From NCBI GenBank assembly GCA_965116495.1, contig OZ220696.1:864001-928000 (forward strand): DNA of 64,000 nt, written 5' to 3'. The first letter of the stretch is position 1, and the number at the start of each line of letters is the position of its first letter. Shown one piece after another: positions 39,301 to 48,245 of this stretch. Origin of the DNA: Gammaproteobacteria bacterium. GTDB lineage: Bacteria > Pseudomonadota > Gammaproteobacteria > Eutrophobiales > Eutrophobiaceae. The position numbers and the translations under genes are program-made. The notes beneath the pieces were generated by a model, which worked only from the letters and a program-made list of their open reading frames with translations, had not been told where the DNA came from and ran no database searches.

Positions 39301-40723
39301 TAATGTCATCGCCGCCGTAGCCAAACAGATCGTCATCCCCGCCATGGCCCTCGATCAGGTCGCCGTCCATGTCGCCTTCCAGCACCTCACCGGCGTCGGT
39401 GCCGGTGACGGTGAGGCCGTTGTGTATGGTGAAGTTGGCTGCATTCAAATCCGACAGCAGTGTGTTCTTCAGGGTGACACTATTGGCCGTACCGCTCTCG
39501 TCCGTATAAATCACCACGTCATTGCCGTCCTGCACGGCATGGTTGGCGAGCATCCCGGCATAGTCGGCAAAACCGACCGAGCCCAGCCTGACCTCATCGC
39601 CGGCATCCGTGTCGAAGTCCTTAACCACGTCCCGCCCATGCCCTCCGTACACCACGAAGGCATCAGCCCCGGGCCCGCCGGTCAGGGTGTCGTTACCCGC
39701 ACCGCCAATGAGCCTGTCGTCCCCAGCGCCACCCATCAGAATGTCGTTGCCTGGCCCTGCGTTCAGGACGTTATCGGCCTCATTGCCCGTCAAACTATCA
39801 TTGCCACTGCCTGACGTGGCATTCTCGATCACCACGCCGTTGGCGATGAGAAAGCCACCAGGGATTTTCCATGCCCAGGAAACGTGGCCACCACCACCGG
39901 GTTCATATTCAAGCGTGGCCGCGCGCAAGTCGATCACGACATTGGCGGCGCCGGTGTACTCGATCACATCGGTCCCGCCGGTATCCCAGATGGTGTGATA
40001 GCCGTTTGCCTCTGCACGGGTGGCGGCCAGTGTATAAACATCATCGCCCCCTGCGTGGGTGGTGTTGGCGCCGTACATGTTTTGCAGGGCGGCAATGTCC
40101 AGCGCGCCGAACGTGGCATTGGCAGAGCCATCGCCGGGATCGTCCCAGCGACCGTCCCACGTATTTACAGTGTCCGCATTCGACGTCACGGTGAATATCG
40201 TCTGGTGCAGCCCGTAGCCGGATTTCATGATCTTGCTGAAGTTGCCTTCATCATCCGGGTGGGCCAGCCCCACTCCATGTCCTACTTCATGGAGGACCAC
40301 AAAGTAAAACCTCCCTCCCTGGTCGAATTGACCGCCGGGTTTATCAGTCCAGTCACCGCTTTTGGTGTTTGCCATGCCTTCCCCGCCGTTGCCGTTCCCA
40401 TCGGGGAAATCAAACTGGCCCCAAGGCATGCCGCGGCCCCCGGGTATACCACCAATGTGAATGCTGTTCTCTGGGGTGCCCTCGAAAACTCCGAACTTGA
40501 GATCGGCAGCATCCTTATCCGTCGTGAGTTGGAAATCAACGTTGATGAAGGTTTCCAGATTCTCGAAGACCGACCAGATCTGGGTTTTTTCATAGTCGGT
40601 CATGGTGCGGGCGTAGTACCAGTAGAAGGCAAGGTCACCTTCCTTGAACAAATACACCAGGACCGGATCCGAGGTATCCAGCTTGTGTTTTCCCTGAACG
40701 GCGTCAACAGGGTTATCGCTCAT
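36398..40723 (-). CDS. Serralysin-like M10 metalloprotease with RTX repeats, three Calx-beta domains and three Trp-rich helical repeats
   Basis: HEVGHGVGLAHP zinc motif, LDIAALQ.MYG, TIWDTGG.D, GGxGxD repeats, T.DGTA..GSDY...E.DETFTVTLS Calx-beta motifs; no signal peptide; C-terminal RTX block. Confidence 0.9.
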   Translation of the reverse strand: MSDNPVDAVQGKHKLDTSDPVLVYLFKEGDLAFYWYYARTMTDYEKTQIWSVFENLETFINVDFQLTTDKDAADLKFGVFEGTPENSIHIGGIPGGRGMPWGQFDFPDGNGNGGEGMANTKSGDWTDKPGGQFDQGGRFYFVVLHEVGHGVGLAHPDDEGNFSKIMKSGYGLHQTIFTVTSNADTVNTWDGRWDDPGDGSANATFGALDIAALQNMYGANTTHAGGDDVYTLAATRAEANGYHTIWDTGGTDVIEYTGAANVVIDLRAATLEYEPGGGGHVSWAWKIPGGFLIANGVVIENATSGSGNDSLTGNEADNVLNAGPGNDILMGGAGDDRLIGGAGNDTLTGGPGADAFVVYGGHGRDVVKDFDTDAGDEVRLGSVGFADYAGMLANHAVQDGNDVVIYTDESGTANSVTLKNTLLSDLNAANFTIHNGLTVTGTDAGEVLEGDMDGDLIEGHGGDDDLFGYGGDDIIKGGPGKDFLEGGAGDDTLEGGADSDVLTGAQGNDTLRGGAGADAFDIYGGDGQDVVEDFDPDAGDIVILDSVGFADYAGMLANHAVQDGNDVVIYTDESGTTNRVTLKNTQLSDLSTNDFSITPSEDFSEDTSQDTGQATDPDYSELIGMVRGYAAETFQGQAHVDRWMQVLAAFGDDNGYTPMTAEEARNYAGYGWPRWNPVAEALTEIEAAQEAKQQAPPTPPVASIDDVSVTEGGRVEFTVSLDKTWGEDVTLTWDTSDGTATDGSDYTGQTGQTLTIAAGQQSATITVQTADDSDDETDETFTITLSSPTNATLGDASGEATLTDNDDPPPPGRYDALIADVRGYAAETHNGQAHVDRWMKVLAALGDDNGYTPMTATEAQEMADRWSASRWDPVVEALTEIEAEQAAQQAASTPPVAAIDDVSVTEGNEVEFTVSLDKTWTEDVTLTWDTSDSIAVDGSDYTGQAGQTLTIAAGQQSATITVQTTDDAIDEPDETFTVTLSAPTNATIGTATGEATLSDNDAAPSLSIDDVTVAEGDMLQFTVSLDAVSGKDVTVNWTATDGTATDGSDYTGQTGQTLTISAGAQFATLWVQTTDDSEDETDETFTVTLSSPSNATLGDASGEATITDNDEPAPTLDDQLTPPDNGQGKKADEGNDYSELIADVRGYAAETHNGQAHVDRWMKVLAALGDDNGYTPMTATEAQEMADRWSASRWDPVVEALTEIEAEQEEQQPEETSTEPEPEPDPEPEPEPEPDPEPDPEPEPEPESDPAPTPWRHNGLTMTGTDEVDSLVGSDDNDLIDGRGGRDYINGSFGHDRMTGGAGDDRFTIYGNFGRDVITDFNPDEGDSFFLIQVGFADFDEMLANHAEQIGNDVVIYTDPSGKEDSITLLDTDLADLDESQFAIFEGTGPTPPASQLSAQVAGRVSVPALSLTLGDGGVGGYDAGVDGFGIEDIIGPYYDG
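36970..37070 (-). repeat. (EP/DP)n linker repeat
   Basis: EPEPEPDPEPEPEPDPEPDPEPEPEPESDP encoded by degenerate hexamers. Confidence 0.9.
37104..38272 (-). repeat. Identical 200-bp intragenic duplication (37104-37303 = 38073-38272); diverged third copy ~38657-38869
   Basis: Direct comparison; encodes VRGYAAETHNGQAHVDRWMKVLAALG...PMTATEAQ...RWDPVVEALTEIE. Confidence 0.92.
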
Positions 40724-40933
40724 AATTATCTCCAGCCTTGTCGATTACAGGCGGCTTCATAGCGGGATATACGATATTAGTATAAATATCATGCCTGTCA
40801 AGGAGGAGAGATCGGTAGCGCGGGCAATCATGTTGCTCTTAAATTAAAATCTGTAGCATTTCCGCTATCTTCTTGGCATATAATATTTTCTGATAAGGTT
40901 CGCGCTAATCATCATCCTGAACATGAGAACAGA

Positions 40934-41140
40934 ATGAACGAACATGCCCGTATCGTCATCATCGGTGGCGGCATCATGGGGGTTGGGTTGCTGTACCACC
41001 TGGCCGAAGAAGGCTGTACTGACGTTGTGCTCATCGAGAAGGGTGAACTCACTTCAGGTTCGACCTGGCACGCGGCGGGACAATGCCCGAACTTTGTGGG
41101 TAATTACAACCTCGCCAAAATCCATGAATACAGTATCTCC
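40934..41140 (+). pseudogene. N-terminal fragment of GcvT/dimethylglycine dehydrogenase-like FAD oxidoreductase
   Basis: IVIIGGGIMG..LLYHL, ELTSGSTWHAAG; similarity ends after ~68 aa. Confidence 0.88.
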
Positions 41141-41485
41141 GTGCCTGCGCCACCTGCTGTACGAGCAGCACAAACCGCGCAGTGCCGCTTTCTTCGACCG
41201 TGACATCGTCAATAGCCAGGCTCGGATTGGCGTCGGCGAAGATGAAGTCTGCCGCGTCGATCGTGGCGCCTGCCTGCGCGGTCAGGGTGATGCGGGGGGT
41301 CAGGTCCACGCGGCTATCCTGCGTTGCCCCGGAATAATCGAAAGTGTCTGTACCGCCGTCGTCGATCAGCGTGAAGGCGAACAGCCCGCCTGCCTGCATG
41401 TGCCGGGCAAGCTCGTCGAGGAAGCCGCCGGCATTGGCGTTGAAGCCGTAGGTGGTGTCGCCGGTGCGGATGGCATTGATTGTGA
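41141..41485 (-). pseudogene. Collapsed remnant of a second serralysin/Calx-beta gene
   Basis: RTGDTTYGFN..AG, FTLIDDGGTDTFDYSG..Q..RVDL, then TL......IDAADFIF, then PSLAIDDVTVEE.GTARF, all in one frame. Confidence 0.75.
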
Positions 41486-41673
41486 AGAGCGCGTATCTTG
41501 ATTTGTTCCACATGCACAAATGTCCCACATTTTGCTCGTATGTATCAAGCACCGTTCCCAACAATGATCAACAGAGGTTTTCTGAAGAAATTCGATTGGC
41601 AGTTACAAAATCCCCTCCTAACACGTTAGAATGGTATCCTCAAACCGTACGTATATTTTTTTGGGAGCACTAC

Positions 41674-41808
41674 ATGAAAGCAGTGGTATTGGAAGAACTC
41701 GGTGGGCCGGATCACCTGGAGATCAAGGAGGTGGATACGCCGGAACCGGGGCCGGGTGAGGTACGGGTAAGACTGAAAAATTCCGCCTTGAACCGGCGCT
41801 ATTACTGG
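41674..41808 (+). pseudogene. N-terminal fragment of zinc-type alcohol dehydrogenase/quinone reductase
   Basis: GGAG RBS; MKAVVLEELGGPDHL....VDTPEPGPGEVRVRL...ALNRR. Confidence 0.82.
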
Positions 41809-41810
41809 AA

Positions 41811-41909
41811 TCATTACGGCAACTGGAACGCAGCGCGGGCCGCTACGCGCTGGTCAGCATGTGTATCGGTATCGGACAGGGGATTGGCGTGGTGATTGAA
41901 CGTATGTAG
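41811..41909 (+). pseudogene. C-terminal fragment of a thiolase
   Basis: LRQLERSAGRYALVSMCIGIGQGIGVVIERM* with the thiolase CIGxGQG motif. Confidence 0.85.
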
Positions 41910-41921
41910 TGGTTGTTCGTT

Positions 41922-43319
41922 ATGAGGCAAAGTCCGATCAGAAACCCTGAGCGAATTTTGCTGCAATATGTCTGGGCCGTAGCCTTCCTGCTGGTCCCGC
42001 TGTCCCTGACCGCGGACACCGTCTCGCTCGACCTGACCCTGGAGCGGGCGATCGATCTTGCGCTGGAGCAGAACCGGCCGCTGCTTAACCGGCGCCTGGA
42101 TCGCGAGGTGCAAAAATTTTCCCTGGAAGTGGTTGAAGACCGTTGGACGCCTCGAGCCACCCTCCGCCCCTTCGTCAGCAAGGACCGGCAGGATCGCGAG
42201 ACGGGAGTCAGCAGCCAGATCAGCATGCGCGTGCCCACCGGCGGTCAGTTTGCCCTGCGCTGGGATGAAAGACTGTCCAGCGAGTTCGAGGATTCCCGCT
42301 CGCAGTCCCTGAGTTTTTCCCAGCCGCTGCTGAAAGGCGCCTGGATTGACATGGAGACTGCCCCGATCAGGCAGGCCCGACTGGGTGAAAGGCTTAACGT
42401 GCTCTCGTTTCGACAGACGGTGGAAGATCTGGTCGTTGCGGTCATCAGCGCATACCGCACGCTCATCGGCGCGGTGCGGCAAGTGGAGATTTCCGAGACC
42501 GCATTGCAGCGCGCGCGTGAGCAGTTGCAGGCAACCCGCGCCCTGATACGCGCCGGGCGCATGGCAGAGCGGGAGGCCGTGCGCGCCGAGGTGACCATCG
42601 CCACTCGAGAGTTGGCGTTGACCCAGGCGCGCAACCGCCTGGACGCCTCAAACTTCCGTTTGCTTGATATCCTCGAGCTGGGCAGTACGGTGCGTATCCA
42701 TCCGTTGGAAAGATTGAACGTTGAACCGAATCGAGCCACCTTCGAGGCAGTATTCGCCGAAGCGTTGCGCAAGCGCGCCGATTACCTTCAATCCGGGGCG
42801 CTGATCGACATTGCCCGCATCAACCTGGCGGTTGCCAAAAACAACCGGCTGCCGGACCTGTCCCTGGGGGTTGAGTTAAGCGATAACGACCCGGGACGCA
42901 AGGACGCGCAGGTTCGGCTGGACATTTCCATCCCTTTCAATGACCGTTTTCGCGACGTGGACCGTCTCAGGGCGCGCAACGACCTGCGCAAAGCCGAGAG
43001 AGCCCAGCTTGAGCTGCGCGAGTCGATCGACGTGTCCGTACGTCAGGCTGTCAACGACGTCAAGGTAGGGCATCGGTTGACGGAACTGGCCCGCGACGCG
43101 CGCCTGCTGGCAGAACAGAACCTGGACATTGAACGCGAGAAATTCGGTTATGGTCTGTCATCATCCTTCGAGGTATCGTCGTCCGAGGACGAACTCGTGC
43201 AGGCGGAGCAGGCCGAGGTGGATGCGATCCTCAGCTATCTCGACGTGCTGACGCGGCTTGACTATATCTCGGGCCGCACCCTGGACAGTTGGGGCATTCA
43301 AGTGGAAACTCTCCCGTAA
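41922..43319 (+). CDS. TolC family outer membrane factor
   Basis: Signal peptide, LTLERAI.LAL.QN, FSQPLLKGA, NRLPDLSL, two OEP-like halves. Confidence 0.88.
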   Translation: MRQSPIRNPERILLQYVWAVAFLLVPLSLTADTVSLDLTLERAIDLALEQNRPLLNRRLDREVQKFSLEVVEDRWTPRATLRPFVSKDRQDRETGVSSQISMRVPTGGQFALRWDERLSSEFEDSRSQSLSFSQPLLKGAWIDMETAPIRQARLGERLNVLSFRQTVEDLVVAVISAYRTLIGAVRQVEISETALQRAREQLQATRALIRAGRMAEREAVRAEVTIATRELALTQARNRLDASNFRLLDILELGSTVRIHPLERLNVEPNRATFEAVFAEALRKRADYLQSGALIDIARINLAVAKNNRLPDLSLGVELSDNDPGRKDAQVRLDISIPFNDRFRDVDRLRARNDLRKAERAQLELRESIDVSVRQAVNDVKVGHRLTELARDARLLAEQNLDIEREKFGYGLSSSFEVSSSEDELVQAEQAEVDAILSYLDVLTRLDYISGRTLDSWGIQVETLP

Positions 43320-45112
43320 TGGCAAACGACCCTCAAGACATTTACCGGACTTTGCTGGAGAACCTGTCCGACGGTGTGATGGCAGTTGACGTTGATGGGG
43401 CCGTGCGCCTCACCAACCCTGCCTTTTGCCAAATCTTCGGACTCGAGTCCGAGGCGGTAACCGGTCGCCCCTTTGCAGAAATATTTGTGGCATTTGAGGG
43501 CTTTGACGAGTTCGTCGAGATTATCCTGGACGCCATTACCGAGCAGGGCGAGATCAAGCGCCGCGTCGCGAGTGTGCATATCGGTGACGCAGTCCGCTCG
43601 TTGTCCGTCACGACCTCGTACCTGCTGGCATCCGGGCCAAAACAGACCGGGCAGGTAGCAATGATTGCCGTGGTTTCCGACATCTCCGAGATCAAGGAAC
43701 TGCGCGAGACCGAACTGCGCATGGCGAAAGTCGTCGAGAATCAGCTCAGTGAGCTGCAGAACGCCTATCGGGATATTGAGTCCCGCAACGAGACGCTGTC
43801 CGTGATGATGAAGAAGGTCCAGGCAACGCGTGGTGTCGCAGCGTTATTGGTGGCCGGACTGTTTCTCGCCATTGGTGGTTGGTACATTCAGCCGCTGGAT
43901 ATCATCAATTCCGACCCGGCGCCGGCGCTGTTGGCGGATGGCCAGGCCGCCGACCAGGCCACTGACCCGGAGACCTTGCAGACCATAACTCTTGCACCCC
44001 GGGAGTTCCGCTCGACCCTCGCGGTGCGCGGCAACCTGACACCGGGACACGTCGTGAAAGTCGTCAGCTCGGTCGATAGCCATGTGAGTGGGGTCCACGT
44101 TGCCCATGGCGAGAGAGTGGACGCAGGCGACGCGCTGCTCGAGCTTGAGCCCGGTCAGCTACTGATGGATTACCGTCGGATCCAGATCGAGTATATCCAG
44201 GCGCGCGACAAGCTGCTCGAGCTTGAAGACTGGGAAAGCAGCGACGAAATGGCGGGTGCCCGGCGCCTGTTGCGACGGGCAAAAATAGCGCTCGAAGATT
44301 CTGAGCTGAGGCTCCGGCGCACTGCTTTTCTGCTGGAAAAGGGGATAGTCCCTACCTCCGAGCACGAATCTGCGCAGCAACAACACCAGGAGCGCAAGCT
44401 GGATTTTGAACAAGCCGAGCGGGATTTGGAATCGACCAGAGAAAAAGGAGATGCTGAGGCAAGACGGGTCGCGCGCCTACAAGTGGAGAATGCGCAAAGC
44501 CAGGTTGAACAGCACGAGCAGAAACTGAATCAACTTGAGCTCGAGGCCCCGATTGCAGGGATCGTTGTTGCCGATGCAGGCATTGCGAATAAGCCCCTGG
44601 CCAAAGGCCGTCCGGTGGCCCAGGGTGAGCTGCTGCTGAGCATTGCCGATTTCGAGCAGATTTCGGTAGCCTCCAGTGTCGATGAGGTGGATGTCAGGAA
44701 GATCGAACCCGGCCAGCGCGCCTTGGTTACCGGCCCCGGGTTTCCGGGCCTGGAAATCGGCGGAACCGTTACCCGGATCTCGTCGCGCGTACTTGGCGGC
44801 AGGAGGCAGCGGGGCGCGCCTGAGTTCGATATCGTGATTGCCCTGGACAGGTTGGATGCGGCCGCGCGTGAACAGTTACGGGTCGGCATGTCGGCCTACG
44901 TCACGATCATCGTACACAGCGATCCGGAGGCGTTGCTGATTCCGATCGACGCGGTGCAGGAGTCCGGCGCTGAAACCTGGGTGCGTGTGCTCGACCGGAA
45001 CACTGCCGCGGTGGAGCAACGCGCGGTCAGACTGGGCTTCACGACACTGGATTCGGTCGAAGTGATAGCAGGACTCGCGGTCGGGGAAGAAATCGTCCTC
45101 CCGGAAAGATGA
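43319..45112 (+). CDS. Periplasmic adaptor (MFP) with N-terminal PAS domain
   Basis: LLENLSDGVMAVD.DG.V...NPAF..IFG......GRP...VSDISE PAS signature, coiled coil, TM helix, then lipoyl halves (V..GERV.AGD.LL; APIAGIV), VDEVDV.KI.PGQ, LRVGMSA, ALLIP..AV; TAATG coupling to tolC. Confidence 0.88.
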   Translation: MANDPQDIYRTLLENLSDGVMAVDVDGAVRLTNPAFCQIFGLESEAVTGRPFAEIFVAFEGFDEFVEIILDAITEQGEIKRRVASVHIGDAVRSLSVTTSYLLASGPKQTGQVAMIAVVSDISEIKELRETELRMAKVVENQLSELQNAYRDIESRNETLSVMMKKVQATRGVAALLVAGLFLAIGGWYIQPLDIINSDPAPALLADGQAADQATDPETLQTITLAPREFRSTLAVRGNLTPGHVVKVVSSVDSHVSGVHVAHGERVDAGDALLELEPGQLLMDYRRIQIEYIQARDKLLELEDWESSDEMAGARRLLRRAKIALEDSELRLRRTAFLLEKGIVPTSEHESAQQQHQERKLDFEQAERDLESTREKGDAEARRVARLQVENAQSQVEQHEQKLNQLELEAPIAGIVVADAGIANKPLAKGRPVAQGELLLSIADFEQISVASSVDEVDVRKIEPGQRALVTGPGFPGLEIGGTVTRISSRVLGGRRQRGAPEFDIVIALDRLDAAAREQLRVGMSAYVTIIVHSDPEALLIPIDAVQESGAETWVRVLDRNTAAVEQRAVRLGFTTLDSVEVIAGLAVGEEIVLPER

Positions 45113-45143
45113 ACGGCAACCCCTGCTATTGCCAGCCACCGTC

Positions 45144-45899
45144 ATGAACGCGCCAGATAAAATGTTGCGCCTGGTTGACGTGCGCAAATCCTACCGCATC
45201 GGGCCGGCTACCAGGGAGATCCTGCAAGGCATCCACCTGGAAGTCAACACTGGTGACCTGCTATCGATCATGGGGCCCTCGGGTAGCGGCAAGACTACGT
45301 TGATGAACATCATTGGCCTGCTCGACCGTCCCGGCGCCGGCGACTGTTACCTCAATGGGCGCGCGATCTCCGGGTTGACGGATGACGAGCTGTCCTCGCT
45401 GCGTAACGAGCATATCGGGTTTGTGTTCCAGTCCTTCCAGTTGTTGCCGCAGTTGACGGCCATCGAAAACGTTTGCCTACCGCTGGTGTACCGGGGTATG
45501 GGGCAGGCGGAGATGAGGCAGCGGGCGCAGACCCTGCTGGCGCGCGTGGGCATGGATGACTGGGCGGGGCATCGGCCCGACCAGCTCTCCGGCGGACAGA
45601 AGCAGCGAGTTGCCATTGCCCGGGCACTGGCGGGAGAGCCGGCGCTGTTGCTCGCGGATGAACCCACCGGCGCCCTGGATAGCGACACCGCGACCGAGGT
45701 CATGACCCTGCTCCTGGAATTGAACTCGGAGCAGGGGGTGACGATCCTGATCATCACCCATGACCCACTGGTGGCGCGGCAATGCACGCGCCAACTGCGC
45801 ATCAATAACGGCTTGTTACAGGAGAAGGGAATGTCTGCCCGGGGGGTTGCCGCCACGCGGCAACCGCTTGCAGGCGCCCAGGCAGGGTATGCGGGTTAG
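45144..45899 (+). CDS. MacB/LolD-type ABC ATPase
   Basis: GPSGSGKTT, IGFVFQSFQL, LSGGQKQRVAIARA, ADEPTGALD. Confidence 0.95.
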   Translation: MNAPDKMLRLVDVRKSYRIGPATREILQGIHLEVNTGDLLSIMGPSGSGKTTLMNIIGLLDRPGAGDCYLNGRAISGLTDDELSSLRNEHIGFVFQSFQLLPQLTAIENVCLPLVYRGMGQAEMRQRAQTLLARVGMDDWAGHRPDQLSGGQKQRVAIARALAGEPALLLADEPTGALDSDTATEVMTLLLELNSEQGVTILIITHDPLVARQCTRQLRINNGLLQEKGMSARGVAATRQPLAGAQAGYAG

Positions 45900-47106
45900 A
45901 TCTCTTGCAATCCTGCAGGCAAATGCCCGCGAGGCGGTTAACAGCCTGCGCAAGGCAAGGCTGCGCACACTGCTGGGGCTGCTTGGCATCATGATCGGTA
46001 TCTCATCGGTTATTACAATGGTCTCGTTGGGCGAAATAGCCAGAGAGCAGGCGCGCAAAGAATTCGAAGCTATCGGCACCGACATCCTGATCATTCGCAA
46101 GTCGTACGAGACCTCGACCCCAGAGCAGGAGGCGGCGGAAATTGACCTGGCGGATGCCGTAGCATTGGCGCCGGCGCTTCCTTCAATTGCCGAGGCTGCG
46201 CCCAGGATCGCGAGCTATGGGGAATTCCGTTACGCCGGCAAGACAGTCGGCGAGGGAACCATCCAGGGCGTCACCGCGTCGTACTTCAGTGTGAACCGTT
46301 TGTCCATGGCATCCGGCCGGTTTATCTCGAACCTGGATGCCAACCGCCACTACTGTGTCGTTGGCGCCGGCATTGCCGAGGCAATGCGCCAGGTCGGGGT
46401 ACAACAGCTTGTGGGACAGATCCTGGAGATTGACGAGGAACTCTTCACGGTCCTGGGCACATTAAATGACAAACAGGAGAGTTACACCTTGCCCATCCGG
46501 GTGGAGGCAAATAATTCTGTCTTCATACCAATCACGACCGCGCAGCGCCTCGACTCCAACCCGGAGATCGACGTGATCGTTGCCAGGTCAAGCGCCGGCG
46601 TCCATTACGAGCAGGCGGTGCAAGACGTTCATTCATTCATGCGGAACAGGTCGCGGGATCTCCTCCTGGACATCATCACCGCCAAGGAATGGATAGCCCG
46701 GATGGAAGCGCAAATGCGCATCATGACCCTGCTGCTGGCCGCAGTGGGCAGCATCTCCCTCATCGTCGGCGGAATCGGGATCATGAATATCATGCTGGTG
46801 TCCGTAGCGGAACGCCGCCGCGAGATCGCGATCCGGCGTGCGCTGGGCGCGCGCCGGGGGGACATTCAAAGCCAGTTCCTCATTGAATCCATTATCCTGA
46901 CGGTAGCGGGGGGAGCGCTTGGCGTTGTGCTCGGCTTGCTGGTGACCTGGGTAGCCTGCCAGTTCACCGAATGGGAGTTCCTCATCTCAGGCATATCCGT
47001 GGTAAGCGGTATCGGTACCGCCTCCGCAGTCGGCCTGTTCTTCGGCTTCCAGCCCGCTCGTCAAGCCTCCCGCCTGGACCCGATCACCGCGCTTCAGGGA
47101 AGCTGA
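45889..47106 (+). CDS. MacB/FtsX-type ABC permease
   Basis: RTLLGLLGIMIGI.SVI, ISLIVGGIGIMNIMLVSV.ERRREIAIRRALGA, FG..PAR.A.RLDPI.AL. Confidence 0.93.
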   Translation: MRVRSLAILQANAREAVNSLRKARLRTLLGLLGIMIGISSVITMVSLGEIAREQARKEFEAIGTDILIIRKSYETSTPEQEAAEIDLADAVALAPALPSIAEAAPRIASYGEFRYAGKTVGEGTIQGVTASYFSVNRLSMASGRFISNLDANRHYCVVGAGIAEAMRQVGVQQLVGQILEIDEELFTVLGTLNDKQESYTLPIRVEANNSVFIPITTAQRLDSNPEIDVIVARSSAGVHYEQAVQDVHSFMRNRSRDLLLDIITAKEWIARMEAQMRIMTLLLAAVGSISLIVGGIGIMNIMLVSVAERRREIAIRRALGARRGDIQSQFLIESIILTVAGGALGVVLGLLVTWVACQFTEWEFLISGISVVSGIGTASAVGLFFGFQPARQASRLDPITALQGS

Positions 47107-47240
47107 ACGGGTGTCAAAAACAACGGCCATGGTCTGAGGGCAGGTCGCGGTGCAAGCGCACCACTGCTGCGCAAGCAGGAGTCTCCATCAAGAGTTGTGA
47201 TCAACATCCCCAAGAGAGATCCCCAGGAGAGAGAACACTG

Positions 47241-47440
47241 CAGGGCTATCTCAAAGTCGGTATACGCCCCGCTGTCATTCCGGGCTTGGTCCGGAATCCA
47301 ATGAAAACGTAATGTTTTATAAACAATGAATGATTGTTTGACTGGATTCCTGCCCCTGCTCAACGCCATACAGGGACAGGCTTGTGCAGGAATGACGGGT
47401 GGGAGATTTGAAAGCCGGTAATGACTTTAAGATGACCCTG
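47241..47440. mobile_element. 200-bp MITE-like element (inverted copy of 4015-4186 plus 28-bp nested insert)
   Basis: Reverse complement aligns end to end with 4015-4186; no flanking direct repeat visible here. Confidence 0.88.
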
Positions 47441-47458
47441 TGTTCCTAACAAAGTGCA

Positions 47459-47487
47459 TTGACAAGTGTATGATTTCACGGTATAAT
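47459..47487 (+). promoter_or_regulatory. Consensus sigma70 promoter
   Basis: TTGACA-17 bp-TATAAT. Confidence 0.85.
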
Positions 47488-47540
47488 ACCACACATTGCA
47501 AGGCACAATCCGTGCCCGCGACAGCAATGGGAGACCACAG

Positions 47541-48092
47541 ATGACCGCTACCTCACAAGCTGTTTTTTCACACCTTCAACCTGGGCGGGATTGCCGCTAC
47601 AAGGGTTTGCGCGCATTGCCGAGAAGCGCCGCCTGCGCTGTCGCACTGGCGCTTGGAATGGCGCTGACAGCCCCGGCCACGTTAGCGTGGGATGCATCAA
47701 CCACGGAGGGTCAAGAGCTGGTAATGCAATTGGAGATACCCTATGGGAGCGAAGGAGAGTCCTATCGCTGGTCATGGAAGACGGAAGATGATACGGCCAC
47801 GAGCGGGGCCGACTATACATCAAAATCAGGCACGGTGACATTCACCTGGGATGACGATAAGCAATACATTAAAGTCAAGACACTGCTGGATTGTGACATG
47901 AATGAAACTGCCGAATACTTTAATCTGAACTTTTCCAATTTCCAGGTCAATAACAGTCGGACTAATGGCTGGGCATCGCCGAGTTGGTCGTTCAGCGACC
48001 CGAATTGGGGAAGCACCTTCACGAGACAGGCACGGATCAAGAATCGATATAGCATGACCAATAAGCAGAAAGAACAAGCAGGCTGTTCTTAA
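47541..48092 (+). CDS. Small secreted single Calx-beta-domain protein
   Basis: GGGAG RBS; extended signal peptide ending ALGMALTAPATLA; W.TEDDTATSGADYTS.SGTVTF...I.VKTL.D...E..EYF.L. Confidence 0.78.
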   Translation: MTATSQAVFSHLQPGRDCRYKGLRALPRSAACAVALALGMALTAPATLAWDASTTEGQELVMQLEIPYGSEGESYRWSWKTEDDTATSGADYTSKSGTVTFTWDDDKQYIKVKTLLDCDMNETAEYFNLNFSNFQVNNSRTNGWASPSWSFSDPNWGSTFTRQARIKNRYSMTNKQKEQAGCS

Positions 48093-48151
48093 AGGAACCT
48101 CAAAAAATACCATCCTTGGCATTTTTTGAGCATATCCCTATGCTGCAAGGG

Positions 48152-48188
48152 CAGGACCGGGGACAGAACAGGTCTGTCCCCGGTCCTG
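48152..48188. repeat. Perfect 16-bp hairpin (REP-like, possible terminator)
   Basis: CAGGACCGGGGACAGA-ACAGG-TCTGTCCCCGGTCCTG followed by GTTTTT. Confidence 0.75.
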
Positions 48189-48245
48189 GTTTTTGACTCA
48201 GGCGACGCGTTCTACCTCCACCAGGCTGTCAAATACCCGGGGGGG

